44,418 nt of DNA from Bacteroidaceae bacterium (GCA_017960825.1 JAGCYL010000005.1:1-44418), one strand, 5' to 3'; shown: positions 25,878 to 35,184, numbered from the stretch's first letter. Numbers and translations: made by a program. Notes: generated from the sequence alone by a model not told the origin.

Positions 25878-28853
25878 ATGAGAAAATTTCAAACGAAGAA
25901 ATTGTCTTTTTTCCTGCTACTCCTACTCATAGGATTGAGCACTACCCATGCACAAACCTACACGAAGTGGAAGCAGGTACAAGACCCTACTGCGCTTAGC
26001 ACTAACGATGTAGTGGTCATTGTCGATCTGACCACCGCTAATGCCATGCGTAACAATCCTGAATATGAAGGAGAGAACACGGTCAGTAAAGCTGCTCCTC
26101 CTGCCCTGAAAGTGACGTTGAAGGAGGAGTTGGATCGCATCACCAGCGAAGTTGGCGACACTATCGTCTGGACAGCTGACCGCACGGACAGTAAGTATGT
26201 GTTCAAATCCCTGTACGATCAGAATAAGGGCAACACTCGTTATCTGTTCAATTCTGACCAAAACCTCCGCGTAGGCTATGTCAGCAGCAACGATGCTTGG
26301 AAAAGCAAGTTCGACCTGGACAAAGGATTGCTGTTCATGGGACATGTGGAAGTTGGCGAGAATCAATATAAAGACTACCACATTGGCATGAAGGTTGCCA
26401 GCGGCATACAGGCTATGATGAGTGGTAGCACATGGGAGCTGATGGCAGACTCGGTAGATACTAATGATCCAAGTATTACACACGTCAACAAAGAAATTGC
26501 CGCCACGAAGATAGCTTTCTTCAAGAAGGTGGAGACAACATTGCCCGACCCTACGCTGCAGTTCCCAGACCATGACTATGAGGCAGATGTCCAGAATCCA
26601 AGTTCTTTCGTGTCGCCCGTTGCCACGGCTGAAGATGGGGCAGGGACTATCACCTATTATAGCGGAAATACAGATTTGGCCGAGGTGGATGCAACAACAG
26701 GCGTTGTGACGGTGAAGAAGCGCGGTACGGTGCGCATTTATGCTCAGGTGACAGCAACAGAAAGTTATGATGATTACCTTACGTCGTATGTGTTGCGCAT
26801 CGATGATAGTGAGGCGGCCGGTGGGCGAAACAATCCCTTCACCGTTGCCCAGGCTATTGCCTACGCAAAGGCGGAAGGTCATGAAGAAGAAAAAGCCAAC
26901 GGTGTCTGCTACTTTGTCAAGGGTATCGTCTCGAGCGTAGGCGGTGCCATGGCTGGTATGGAAGACATGGGAGACATGATGTCTATGATGTCAGGTATGA
27001 TGGAAGGCATGGGAGGTACGGAAGGCTTCGACATGAGCTCCATGATGAGCATGTTCATGGGCGAACAAGAGCCTGGCACGGTGACCTATGCCATCAGCGA
27101 CAATGGTGTGAACCGCGACTCGCTCTCGGTCAACAACGGCCGTGGCATGCTGTTGGAAAACAAACTGGTTGACATCACTTCAGACTCTCTCAGCGTAGGC
27201 GACTGGGTGACAGTGTATGGTCCGTTGGATTATTCAGAAGATAATGACATGATGTCGATGTTTGGCGGTGGCAACAAGGAGAAGACAGTGAAGATGCCAC
27301 GCATCAACTACATGCGGGAACATAAGCGTAACCTTATTACCAATGACATCGTGCTGTACTTCGGTCAGACAAGACAAAGCAACCAACTCTTCAGCATCAC
27401 CGATATGTTTGACGGCACGCTGGTTACAAATACTAATGCAACGGACAGCTCCAAGCCCAAGACCTCCATCAAACCAAGCGATACTGGCATAGCCAGTTGG
27501 ATGGTTGAAGGTGCTGACAGTCTGCTGACTCCAAAGAAGTCAGGTATCATCACAGTGACAGTTAACGCACCTGTTATGCTTGCACCCGGCGACACTGTTA
27601 AGATGAAGCGTAAGTTCACGCTTGACGTGAGAGATCGCCTGCTGCTGCCTGCTGGAACAATGGAAGGTAACTACGAATTGGTAACCAACGCCAGCCAGTT
27701 GCAGCCTAACGACAAGTTGCTCATCGTGGCTACGATAGACGATAAGTCAAAGGTGCTCAATAGAAATATTGGTGCAAGTGGCAACAGCGACAGCAGCAAC
27801 CCGATGATGTCAATGTTAGGAGGCGGCAGCAATGCCAGCAATGTCACTATAGACGGTGATGGCAAGATAACTCAGGTACCTGATGATGCGCTGATACTGA
27901 CTCTGGAGCAGTACGGCGACAAGTGGCTGCTGCAGACAGGCAGAACCACCGACTACGAGATGACCTATCTCTACGTTTCCGACACCGATGACGGCGGCGG
28001 CAGCATGATACCCGGCATGGGTAGCAACGGTGCCAGCCTGAAGACCGGAACACGCGGTGCAGTCGTTGACAGCTGCCAGGTGGCGTTCACCTTCTATTCT
28101 GAAAAGAACGACAGCGTAAAGATGCAGTTCAACTTCCAGGACCGCACAAAAGACGAGAAAACCGTCACGGCGAAAAATGTCATCCGCTATGAGAAGGGCA
28201 CAATGTCAACATCATTCGGAGGCTTTGAACCTGAGTCCGATAAGGCAACTCTGCCACGTCTTTACCGCTTGGTACAGGCAGACCAATACACCGTTACGGT
28301 TAGCAATGCCCTGTGGGCAACTATTGTCAGCTCATACGATGTGACATTGCCTGAAGGACTGGCAGGCTACGCAGTGAAGGAGATAGACAACGATAAAGCT
28401 ATTCTGCAAGAAATAGCAGACGAAGGCGGACTGAAAGCCGGCAAACCCTATCTGCTGAAAGCCACCAGCGCAGGTATCTATACGCTGGACAAGGCAAACA
28501 CTGACGTAACAGAACCAGACGTCAATCTGCTGGCGGTGAGCGATGACCAAACGACAAGCGGCGTTTACGTACTGGCCAACGCAAGCAAGGGAGCAGGGTT
28601 CTATAAATGGACAGGCGGACTGCTGGGAGCAGGGCGTGTTTATCTGCAGACGAATGGAACCAGTTTGTCACCGGCCATGCTGCAATTTGAGTTTGGGGAT
28701 ACTGACGATGATGTAACCCAGGTGGCAAGCGTTGAGACCAGCGATGCCGTAGAGGAGCAGAGTTGGTACACTCTCAGCGGAGTGAAGCTCCCCACCCAGC
28801 CTACGGCCAAGGGTATTTATATCCGCAATGGCAAGAAAGTGATAGTTAAATAA
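25878..28853 (+). CDS. T9SS-secreted multidomain surface protein with Big_2-like domain and Met-rich loops
   Basis: ORF 25698..28853. The real start is MRKFQTKKLSFFLLLLLIGLSTTHAQ at ATG 25878 (signal peptide). It has a Big_2-like segment (GTITYYSGNTDLAEVDATTGVVTVKKRGTVRIYA) and the C-terminal sorting tail SWYTLSGVKL...GIYIRNGKKVIVK. Confidence 0.85.
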   Translation: MRKFQTKKLSFFLLLLLIGLSTTHAQTYTKWKQVQDPTALSTNDVVVIVDLTTANAMRNNPEYEGENTVSKAAPPALKVTLKEELDRITSEVGDTIVWTADRTDSKYVFKSLYDQNKGNTRYLFNSDQNLRVGYVSSNDAWKSKFDLDKGLLFMGHVEVGENQYKDYHIGMKVASGIQAMMSGSTWELMADSVDTNDPSITHVNKEIAATKIAFFKKVETTLPDPTLQFPDHDYEADVQNPSSFVSPVATAEDGAGTITYYSGNTDLAEVDATTGVVTVKKRGTVRIYAQVTATESYDDYLTSYVLRIDDSEAAGGRNNPFTVAQAIAYAKAEGHEEEKANGVCYFVKGIVSSVGGAMAGMEDMGDMMSMMSGMMEGMGGTEGFDMSSMMSMFMGEQEPGTVTYAISDNGVNRDSLSVNNGRGMLLENKLVDITSDSLSVGDWVTVYGPLDYSEDNDMMSMFGGGNKEKTVKMPRINYMREHKRNLITNDIVLYFGQTRQSNQLFSITDMFDGTLVTNTNATDSSKPKTSIKPSDTGIASWMVEGADSLLTPKKSGIITVTVNAPVMLAPGDTVKMKRKFTLDVRDRLLLPAGTMEGNYELVTNASQLQPNDKLLIVATIDDKSKVLNRNIGASGNSDSSNPMMSMLGGGSNASNVTIDGDGKITQVPDDALILTLEQYGDKWLLQTGRTTDYEMTYLYVSDTDDGGGSMIPGMGSNGASLKTGTRGAVVDSCQVAFTFYSEKNDSVKMQFNFQDRTKDEKTVTAKNVIRYEKGTMSTSFGGFEPESDKATLPRLYRLVQADQYTVTVSNALWATIVSSYDVTLPEGLAGYAVKEIDNDKAILQEIADEGGLKAGKPYLLKATSAGIYTLDKANTDVTEPDVNLLAVSDDQTTSGVYVLANASKGAGFYKWTGGLLGAGRVYLQTNGTSLSPAMLQFEFGDTDDDVTQVASVETSDAVEEQSWYTLSGVKLPTQPTAKGIYIRNGKKVIVK

Positions 28854-28880
28854 TGTGTACCCTAAAAACAGACTGCAACA

Positions 28881-29033
28881 ATGAAAAAAGAATATATCAA
28901 GCCTATAATTGAGGCAGTGGTACTGCCCGCTCAGGGTACGCTCTTCACTGTCACTTCACCGAAAACTGAGGAGATAGACCTTTGGAATGATACGGACGAC
29001 GAGACAGTGGATGATTTCGGAGACTTGCTGTAA
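28881..29033 (+). CDS. small acidic hypothetical protein (50 aa), not in the ORF track
   Basis: My own translation gives MKKEYIKPIIEAVVLPAQGTLFTVTSPKTEEIDLWNDTDDETVDDFGDLL*. It starts 27 nt after the upstream stop and is followed by a strong terminator. Confidence 0.4.
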   Translation: MKKEYIKPIIEAVVLPAQGTLFTVTSPKTEEIDLWNDTDDETVDDFGDLL

Positions 29034-29069
29034 GAAAGCAAGATAATCAGAACCCTTTTCCATGCAAGA

Positions 29070-29108
29070 AGCGGAGATTTCCGAGGATGTCTCCGCTTTT
29101 GTTTTTTT
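29070..29108 (+). terminator. intrinsic terminator
   Basis: AGCGGAGA (29070-29077) pairs with TCTCCGCT (29090-29097), followed by TTTGTTTTTTT. Confidence 0.8.
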
Positions 29109-29118
29109 CTGTGTGTTA

Positions 29119-29250
29119 CACATTAACGCAGACCTCGCAAAAATTAATGCGGACTTCGTCACAAACTAACGCTGACGGTGTGAAATTTAATGCTGACTTC
29201 GTGGAATTTAAAGCTGACGGCGCTCAGCCCTAACGCGTCAGACCTTTCAA
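29119..29250 (-). repeat. tandem array C: 6 degenerate units with a 21-22-bp period
   Basis: The core TAA[C/T/A]GC[A/G/T]G(A/T)C recurs at 29124, 29145, 29167, 29188, 29209 and 29231. The reverse complement of the units (for example CACGAAGTCAGCATTAAATTTC) loosely resembles array A/B units. Confidence 0.7.
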
Positions 29251-29341
29251 ATAAATAGTAAATCGTCCAATAGTAAATAAAGAATAGCTTCTCTCTTCAC
29301 TTTTTCCCTGTATAATATTGTAGTATGTCGCGATAATTGAG

Positions 29342-29349
29342 TATTTTTG
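29342..29349 (+). promoter_or_regulatory. candidate -7 box TATTTTTG for ychF
   Basis: Exact TAnnTTTG(CA) match 34 nt upstream of ATG 29383. Confidence 0.4.
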
Positions 29350-29382
29350 CACATTAAATTTCAAATCTAATAAAGCCTAACT

Positions 29383-30486
29383 ATGAGTTTACAATGTGGC
29401 ATTGTGGGGCTGCCTAACGTGGGCAAATCAACCCTCTTCAATTGCCTGAGCAACGCCAAGGCGCAGGCAGCCAACTTTCCGTTTTGCACCATAGAGCCTA
29501 ATGTGGGCGTAATCTCTGTGCCTGACGAGCGCCTCAACCGCTTGGCCGAGATAGTCCACCCGGGTCGCGTGGTGCCTGCCACCGTGGAGATAGTAGATAT
29601 CGCCGGACTGGTGAAGGGTGCAAGCAAGGGCGAAGGGCTCGGCAATCAGTTCCTGGCCAACATACGTGAAACGGACGCCATCCTCCATGTGCTGCGCTGC
29701 TTCGACGACGACAATGTGGTGCATGTGGACGGTAGCGTTGACCCCGTGCGCGATAAGGAGATTATCGACGCAGAGCTGCAAATCAAGGACTTGGAAACGG
29801 TGGAGAACCGTATCCGCCGTGTGGAGAAGATAGCGCAGGTGGGCAACGACAAGCAAGCCAAGGTGGAGTATGAGGTGCTGATGGCATATAAGGACGCGCT
29901 CGGTCAAGGTCGCTCGGCTCGCAGCGTGACTTTCGACAGCAGGGAGGAGCAGCAGGCTGCACGCAACCTTTTCCTGCTCACCGCCAAGCCCGTGCTCTAC
30001 GTCTGCAACGTGGACGAGGTTCACGCCGCCACAGGCAACGAGTATGTGGAACGCGTGAGGGAAGCCGTGAAGGGTGAGGGCGCCGAGGTGCTGGTGGTTG
30101 CTGCTAGGACAGAGGCTGATATTGCCGAGCTGGAGACTCCGGAGGAGCGCCAGATGTTCCTGGAGGACGCCGGCTTGCAGGAGTCGGGCTGCAACCGACT
30201 GATAAAGGCTGCTTATGCCCTGCTTAATCTGCAAACGTTCATCACCGCCGGCCCTATGGAGGTGAAGGCGTGGACTTACCGCAAGGGATGGAAAGCTCCG
30301 CAGTGCGCAGGAGTGATTCACACCGACTTTGAGAAGGGTTTCATCCGCGCCGAGGTGATAAAATACGACAACTATATTAAATATGGTAGTGAGGCAGCAG
30401 TGCGCGAGGCTGGCAAACTGGGCATCGAGGGCAAAGACTACGTGGTGCAAGACGGCGATATAATGCACTTCCGCTTCAATGTTTAA
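29383..30486 (+). CDS. ychF: redox-regulated ATPase YchF
   Basis: 367 aa with P-loop GLPNVGKST, a coiled insertion and the TGS-like C-terminus DGDIMHFRFNV. Confidence 0.95.
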   Translation: MSLQCGIVGLPNVGKSTLFNCLSNAKAQAANFPFCTIEPNVGVISVPDERLNRLAEIVHPGRVVPATVEIVDIAGLVKGASKGEGLGNQFLANIRETDAILHVLRCFDDDNVVHVDGSVDPVRDKEIIDAELQIKDLETVENRIRRVEKIAQVGNDKQAKVEYEVLMAYKDALGQGRSARSVTFDSREEQQAARNLFLLTAKPVLYVCNVDEVHAATGNEYVERVREAVKGEGAEVLVVAARTEADIAELETPEERQMFLEDAGLQESGCNRLIKAAYALLNLQTFITAGPMEVKAWTYRKGWKAPQCAGVIHTDFEKGFIRAEVIKYDNYIKYGSEAAVREAGKLGIEGKDYVVQDGDIMHFRFNV

Positions 30487-30533
30487 TACAAGTTGATAAG
30501 CAGACAAGTTGACAAGTTAATGTTCAAGGCTCA

Positions 30534-31370
30534 ATGTTAAATCAAGTAATTTGGAATCCTGACCCAGTGGCCTTCTCTCTCTTTGGCTACGACGTGCGCT
30601 GGTATGGACTGTGCTGGGCGCTGGCCTTCCTGAGCGGTTATTTGATAATGGCGTGGCTCTATAAGAACCAAAAGATTGGGAAGGACAAGTTTGACCCACT
30701 GTTTCTCTATATCTTTCTGGGTGTGCTTGTGGGGGCCAGGCTCGGTCATTGCCTGTTCTACGAGCCAGGCTACTGGCTGACGCATCCGCTGGAGATGATT
30801 CTCCCCATCAAGAAGGATGCGATGGGCTCGTGGCATATCTTGGGCTATGAGGGCCTGGCAAGCCACGGTGGGGTGCTGGGTATGATGGCTGCGATATGGC
30901 TTTATTCGCGCCGCTACAAGGTGAATATCATGCGAGTGCTCGACAATATGGGCGTGCTGGCACCGCTGTCGGCTGCGTTCGTGAGGCTTGGTAATCTGAT
31001 GAACTCGGAGATTGTGGGCAATGCCACCGATGTGCCTTGGGGTTTTGTCTTCCAGCATAACGGAGAAGACTTCGCACGCCATCCCGCACAGCTTTATGAG
31101 GCGCTGTTCTATGCATCGTTGTTTATCGTTATTGCATTGATATACAGGCGTATGCGCCATACAGTAGGAAAAGGATTCTTCTTCGGACTCTGCCTGACGA
31201 GCATTTTTACGTTCCGTTTCCTTGTGGAGTTTCTCAAGGAAAATCAGGAAACCTTCGAAAACGGAATGTTTCTTAATATGGGACAGCTGCTGAGCCTACC
31301 ACTGATAATAATTGGTGTCTATTGCCTCTGTCGCGGCAAACTTTGCCGTAAAATAAGCGAGAAACCTTAA
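30534..31370 (+). CDS. lgt: prolipoprotein diacylglyceryl transferase
   Basis: 278 aa, multi-TM, with Lgt signature regions (VRWYGLCW, HPAQLYEA). Confidence 0.92.
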   Translation: MLNQVIWNPDPVAFSLFGYDVRWYGLCWALAFLSGYLIMAWLYKNQKIGKDKFDPLFLYIFLGVLVGARLGHCLFYEPGYWLTHPLEMILPIKKDAMGSWHILGYEGLASHGGVLGMMAAIWLYSRRYKVNIMRVLDNMGVLAPLSAAFVRLGNLMNSEIVGNATDVPWGFVFQHNGEDFARHPAQLYEALFYASLFIVIALIYRRMRHTVGKGFFFGLCLTSIFTFRFLVEFLKENQETFENGMFLNMGQLLSLPLIIIGVYCLCRGKLCRKISEKP

Positions 31371-31389
31371 CTCTCCTAACTCCTAATTT

Positions 31390-33261
31390 GTGCTTTTTTA
31401 TTACGACATAGTGGTAATTGGTGCCGGCCACGCAGGGTGCGAGGCTGCTCGCGCCGCGGCTATGCGCGGTATGCGCGTGTGCCTTATCACTATGGATTTG
31501 GAGAAGGTGGCGCAGATGAGCTGCAACCCTGCTATTGGCGGTATTGCCAAGGGCCAGATAGTGAGGGAGATAGATGCGCTGGGAGGAATGACGGGGCAGA
31601 TTACCGACCGCACAGCTATACAGTTTCGCATGCTCAATCTATCCAAAGGCCCTGCTATGTGGAGCCCGCGGGCGCAGTGCGACAGAGGACGCTTCAGCGC
31701 CGAGTGGCGCAAGGTGCTCGAAAACACTGACAATCTCACCCTATGGCAGGATCAGGTCGTAGAACTTCTCGTGGAAGACGACTGCGCTATTGGAGTCAAA
31801 ACGCTGTGGAACAATGAGTTTAGGGCTCAATGCGTCATTCTCACCGCAGGAACTTTCCTTAATGGCTTGATGCACTTAGGACACGTCAAGGTGAAGGGAG
31901 GGCGCCTCTCAGAGCCTGCCAGCCTGCACCTCTCGGAGTCAATAGCCAAGCATGGTATCAGGGTGGACCGCATGAAGACCGGCACGCCGCTGAGACTCGA
32001 TGCTCGTAGTATCGATTTCAGCAAACTGACAAGGCAGGATGGTGATAGCGGATGGCATCGCTTTTCGTTTGTGAGCGAGCGGCGCGAATTGCCGCAGATC
32101 CCTTGCTGGATATGCAACACCAATGAGGCTGCCCACGAAGTGCTACGCGGTGGACTGAACGACTCCCCTCTCTACAACGGTCAGATACAAAGCATTGGGC
32201 CGCGCTATTGTCCAAGTATAGAAACTAAACTCCACACTTTCCCCGACCGTGACCATCATCCGCTCTTCCTCGAACCAGAGGGATTGGACACTAATATGCT
32301 TTACCTCAACGGTTTCTCCTCCAGCCTCCCACTCGAAGTACAGTTGAAGGCAGTAAGGCAAATACCGGGGTTCGAACAGGCTCGCATCTTCCGTCCAGGT
32401 TATGCTATAGAGTATGATTTCTTCGATCCTACAGAACTGAATCACTCGTTGGAATCAAAGAAAATCAGCAATCTTTTCCTTGCAGGCCAGGTGAACGGCA
32501 CTACCGGCTATGAGGAGGCTGCCGGCCAGGGACTCGTGGCAGGAATAAATGCTTCACTCAAGTGTGAAGGGCGTGAACCTTTTACAATGGGACGTGATGA
32601 GAGTTATATAGGTGTGCTTATTGATGACCTTATAACCAAGGGCGTGGACGAACCGTATCGTATGTTTACTTCGCGTGCGGAGTATCGCATATTGCTGCGG
32701 CAGGACAATGCCGATGCACGGCTGACGCCCAAGGGTCACAAGCTGGGGTTGATTGATGACGAGAGATACGAGGTATTCCTGCACAAACAGGAGGCTATCG
32801 CTAGAATTGTTGCTTTCTGCAATGATTATATCGTCAAACCGGGCGAGATAGACCAATATCTCAGTTCTGTGGGCAGTAATCCTGTGTCTGTCGCCAGTAA
32901 ACTGAGCACTATAATCAGCAGACCCGATGTCGACCTCGTTTCTGTTGCGCAGGCAGTGGAGTTGCTGGGAAAGGAGGTCAGCTCTATTAACTATCGTAAA
33001 GAAGAGGTGCTGGAGTCGGCCGAGATAGCAATCAAATACGACGGATATATTCGTCGAGAAGAGCAGGAGGCTCAGAAGATGCACCGACTGGAGTCTATCC
33101 GTATAAAGGACAGGTTTGACTACTCCCAAATTGTGCAGATTTCTACCGAAGGCCGCCAGAAACTGGCGCGCCTTAACCCCGAAACTTTGGGACAGGCATC
33201 GCGTATTCCCGGAGTCAGTCCGAGTGACATAAACGTGCTGCTAGTGCTGCTCCATCGGTGA
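31390..33261 (+). CDS. mnmG: tRNA uridine-5-carboxymethylaminomethyl(34) synthesis enzyme MnmG (GidA)
   Basis: 623 aa with a GTG start. The FAD motif YDIVVIGAGHAGCEAA is present and the sequence is GidA-like throughout. Confidence 0.96.
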   Translation: MLFYYDIVVIGAGHAGCEAARAAAMRGMRVCLITMDLEKVAQMSCNPAIGGIAKGQIVREIDALGGMTGQITDRTAIQFRMLNLSKGPAMWSPRAQCDRGRFSAEWRKVLENTDNLTLWQDQVVELLVEDDCAIGVKTLWNNEFRAQCVILTAGTFLNGLMHLGHVKVKGGRLSEPASLHLSESIAKHGIRVDRMKTGTPLRLDARSIDFSKLTRQDGDSGWHRFSFVSERRELPQIPCWICNTNEAAHEVLRGGLNDSPLYNGQIQSIGPRYCPSIETKLHTFPDRDHHPLFLEPEGLDTNMLYLNGFSSSLPLEVQLKAVRQIPGFEQARIFRPGYAIEYDFFDPTELNHSLESKKISNLFLAGQVNGTTGYEEAAGQGLVAGINASLKCEGREPFTMGRDESYIGVLIDDLITKGVDEPYRMFTSRAEYRILLRQDNADARLTPKGHKLGLIDDERYEVFLHKQEAIARIVAFCNDYIVKPGEIDQYLSSVGSNPVSVASKLSTIISRPDVDLVSVAQAVELLGKEVSSINYRKEEVLESAEIAIKYDGYIRREEQEAQKMHRLESIRIKDRFDYSQIVQISTEGRQKLARLNPETLGQASRIPGVSPSDINVLLVLLHR

Positions 33262-33303
33262 AACACTCCCTATGTTTCACGTGAAACACAAAGAATGTTT
33301 CAC
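33258..33303. promoter_or_regulatory. parS (ParB/Spo0J binding site) with flanking half-sites
   Basis: The core at 33273-33288 is TGTTTCACGTGAAACA, a perfect 16-bp palindrome identical to the chromosomal parS consensus. Half-sites GTGAAACA (33258-33265) and TGTTTCAC (33296-33303) each lie 7 bp away. Confidence 0.75.
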
Positions 33304-33321
33304 ACCACTCAAACCCACACT

Positions 33322-35172
33322 ATGACTAAGGAAGAGAGAGAAAAGCTAATGCTCCGGCTGAAAAATATCATCAGCAACATGCCTGAAGGACCGGGGAGTT
33401 ACCAGTACTACGATGAGCACGGGGACATCATCTATGTGGGTAAGGCAAAAAACCTTAAAAGGAGAGTGAGTAGTTATTTCACTAAAGAACAGTCGCGCAA
33501 GACAGCACTGCTTGTAAGCAAGATAAGGGATATAAAATACATCAACGTAGCAACGGAGCAGGACGCCTTGCTGCTGGAGAACTCGCTGATTAAACGCTTT
33601 CAACCCCACTACAACATCCTCCTGAAGGACGACAAGAGCTATCCATATATCTGCGTGACAAAGGAAGATTTCCCGCGTATATTCAGCACTCGCAATAAAA
33701 TTGCAAAGGACGCGGAGTTTTTTGGCCCTTACAGCCACACCGCCACTATGTACAATTTGCTGGAGTTGATGCGCAACATATATAAGATACGCAACTGCCG
33801 CACTGTGTTGACGGAAGAGGGAGTAAAGCAAAACAAATACAAACTCTGCCTCAGCTATCATATAAAAAAATGCCACGGCTGTTGTGTGGGCAAGCAAACC
33901 AAAGAGGATTACCAGCAAAACATTGCCGAGTGTCGTCTGCTTCTCAAGGGACATTCTCGCGAGGTGAAGGAGCGCCTAAAGGCCAAGATGATAGAACTGG
34001 CTGCGGAGCAGCGTTTTGAGGAGGCTCAAGAGCTAAAGCTGCGTTACAATCTTTTGGAGCACTTTCAGGCAAAGAGCGAAGTTGTCAGCAACACTATCGG
34101 CAATCTGGATGTCTTTAATCTTATCTCTGACGAAAAGAAAGGAATCGTCAACTATCTGCATGTGGTAGAGGGAGCCACAACAATTGCATATACCTTTGAG
34201 ATAGAGAAGAAGATGGAAGAGGCCGACGAAGATATATTGCGTTTTGCAATCATGGAGATGGGCCAGAGATTTTCCGTTGAATTCAAAGAAATTGTTGTTC
34301 CCTTTTCTTTACAAATACCAATAGAAGATGTTATTGTTACTGTGCCCCAAAAGGGAGATAAGCGTACGTTGCTTGAACTATCGCTCCGAAATGTGCAGCA
34401 ATATAAGATAGACAAACTAAAACGCAGCGAATATCTCAACCCGGAACAGCGTCAGACTCGTCTTATGACTGAGTTACGCGATGCGTTGCATCTTACAAAA
34501 TTGCCCGTAACCATCGACTTATTTGACAATTCTAATCTCCAGGGACAAGATGCAGTGGCAGGGTGCGTGGTTTACAGGAAAATGAAACCTTCGCGTCAGG
34601 ATTATCGTAAGTACATCATAAAAACAGTGGAGGGCCCCGATGATTACGCTTCTATGCAGGAAGTGGTCAGGCGCAGATATAGCCGTTTCATCGAGGAGAA
34701 CACTCCCCTACCCGATCTGATTATTACTGATGGCGGTCGTGGCCAAATGGAGTGTGTGCGTAAGGTCGTGGAAGATGAGCTTCGTTTACATATCCCTATT
34801 GCCGGTCTCGCAAAGGATAATCGTCACAGAACCAACGAGTTGCTATTTGGCTTTCCACCTATAGTTATCGGACTAAAGCAAAGTTCTGAGCTCTTTAAGG
34901 TGCTGACCGCTATGCAGGATGAAGTTCACCGCTATGCTATTTCTTTCCACAAAGCTAAGCGTGCCAAGCGACAGACAAAGTCGGGACTCGATGACATCCC
35001 TGGAGTTGGAAAGACGACTAAAGATTTGTTAATCAAGGAATTCAAGACATTTAAGCGAATAAAAGGTGCCGATCTCTTTGAGTTGCAGAGTTTGCTTGGC
35101 AGCAAGAAAGGAGAGAAGATATGGCGAGAGTTGCGTGTATTGACGGACTCACCGGCTAAAAACCAAGAATAA
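33322..35172 (+). CDS. uvrC: excinuclease ABC subunit C
   Basis: ORF 33295..35172. It has a GIY-YIG domain (YVGKAKNLKRRVSSYF), a UvrBC-interaction region and a C-terminal HhH. ATG 33322 gives the usual ~20 aa before the PxxPG motif. ATG 33295 lies inside the parS half-site and remains an alternative. Confidence 0.92.
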   Translation: MTKEEREKLMLRLKNIISNMPEGPGSYQYYDEHGDIIYVGKAKNLKRRVSSYFTKEQSRKTALLVSKIRDIKYINVATEQDALLLENSLIKRFQPHYNILLKDDKSYPYICVTKEDFPRIFSTRNKIAKDAEFFGPYSHTATMYNLLELMRNIYKIRNCRTVLTEEGVKQNKYKLCLSYHIKKCHGCCVGKQTKEDYQQNIAECRLLLKGHSREVKERLKAKMIELAAEQRFEEAQELKLRYNLLEHFQAKSEVVSNTIGNLDVFNLISDEKKGIVNYLHVVEGATTIAYTFEIEKKMEEADEDILRFAIMEMGQRFSVEFKEIVVPFSLQIPIEDVIVTVPQKGDKRTLLELSLRNVQQYKIDKLKRSEYLNPEQRQTRLMTELRDALHLTKLPVTIDLFDNSNLQGQDAVAGCVVYRKMKPSRQDYRKYIIKTVEGPDDYASMQEVVRRRYSRFIEENTPLPDLIITDGGRGQMECVRKVVEDELRLHIPIAGLAKDNRHRTNELLFGFPPIVIGLKQSSELFKVLTAMQDEVHRYAISFHKAKRAKRQTKSGLDDIPGVGKTTKDLLIKEFKTFKRIKGADLFELQSLLGSKKGEKIWRELRVLTDSPAKNQE

Positions 35173-35184
35173 ATAGATACTATT

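Noticed and set aside
25799-29124. The identical 13-mer TGTGTTACACATT at 25799-25811 and 29112-29124, flanking the cargo gene, read as a target-site duplication or cassette boundary.
   Set aside because: A rough estimate gives several to tens of chance 13-mer identities in a 44-kb window when both strands are counted. No other mobility signature is present.
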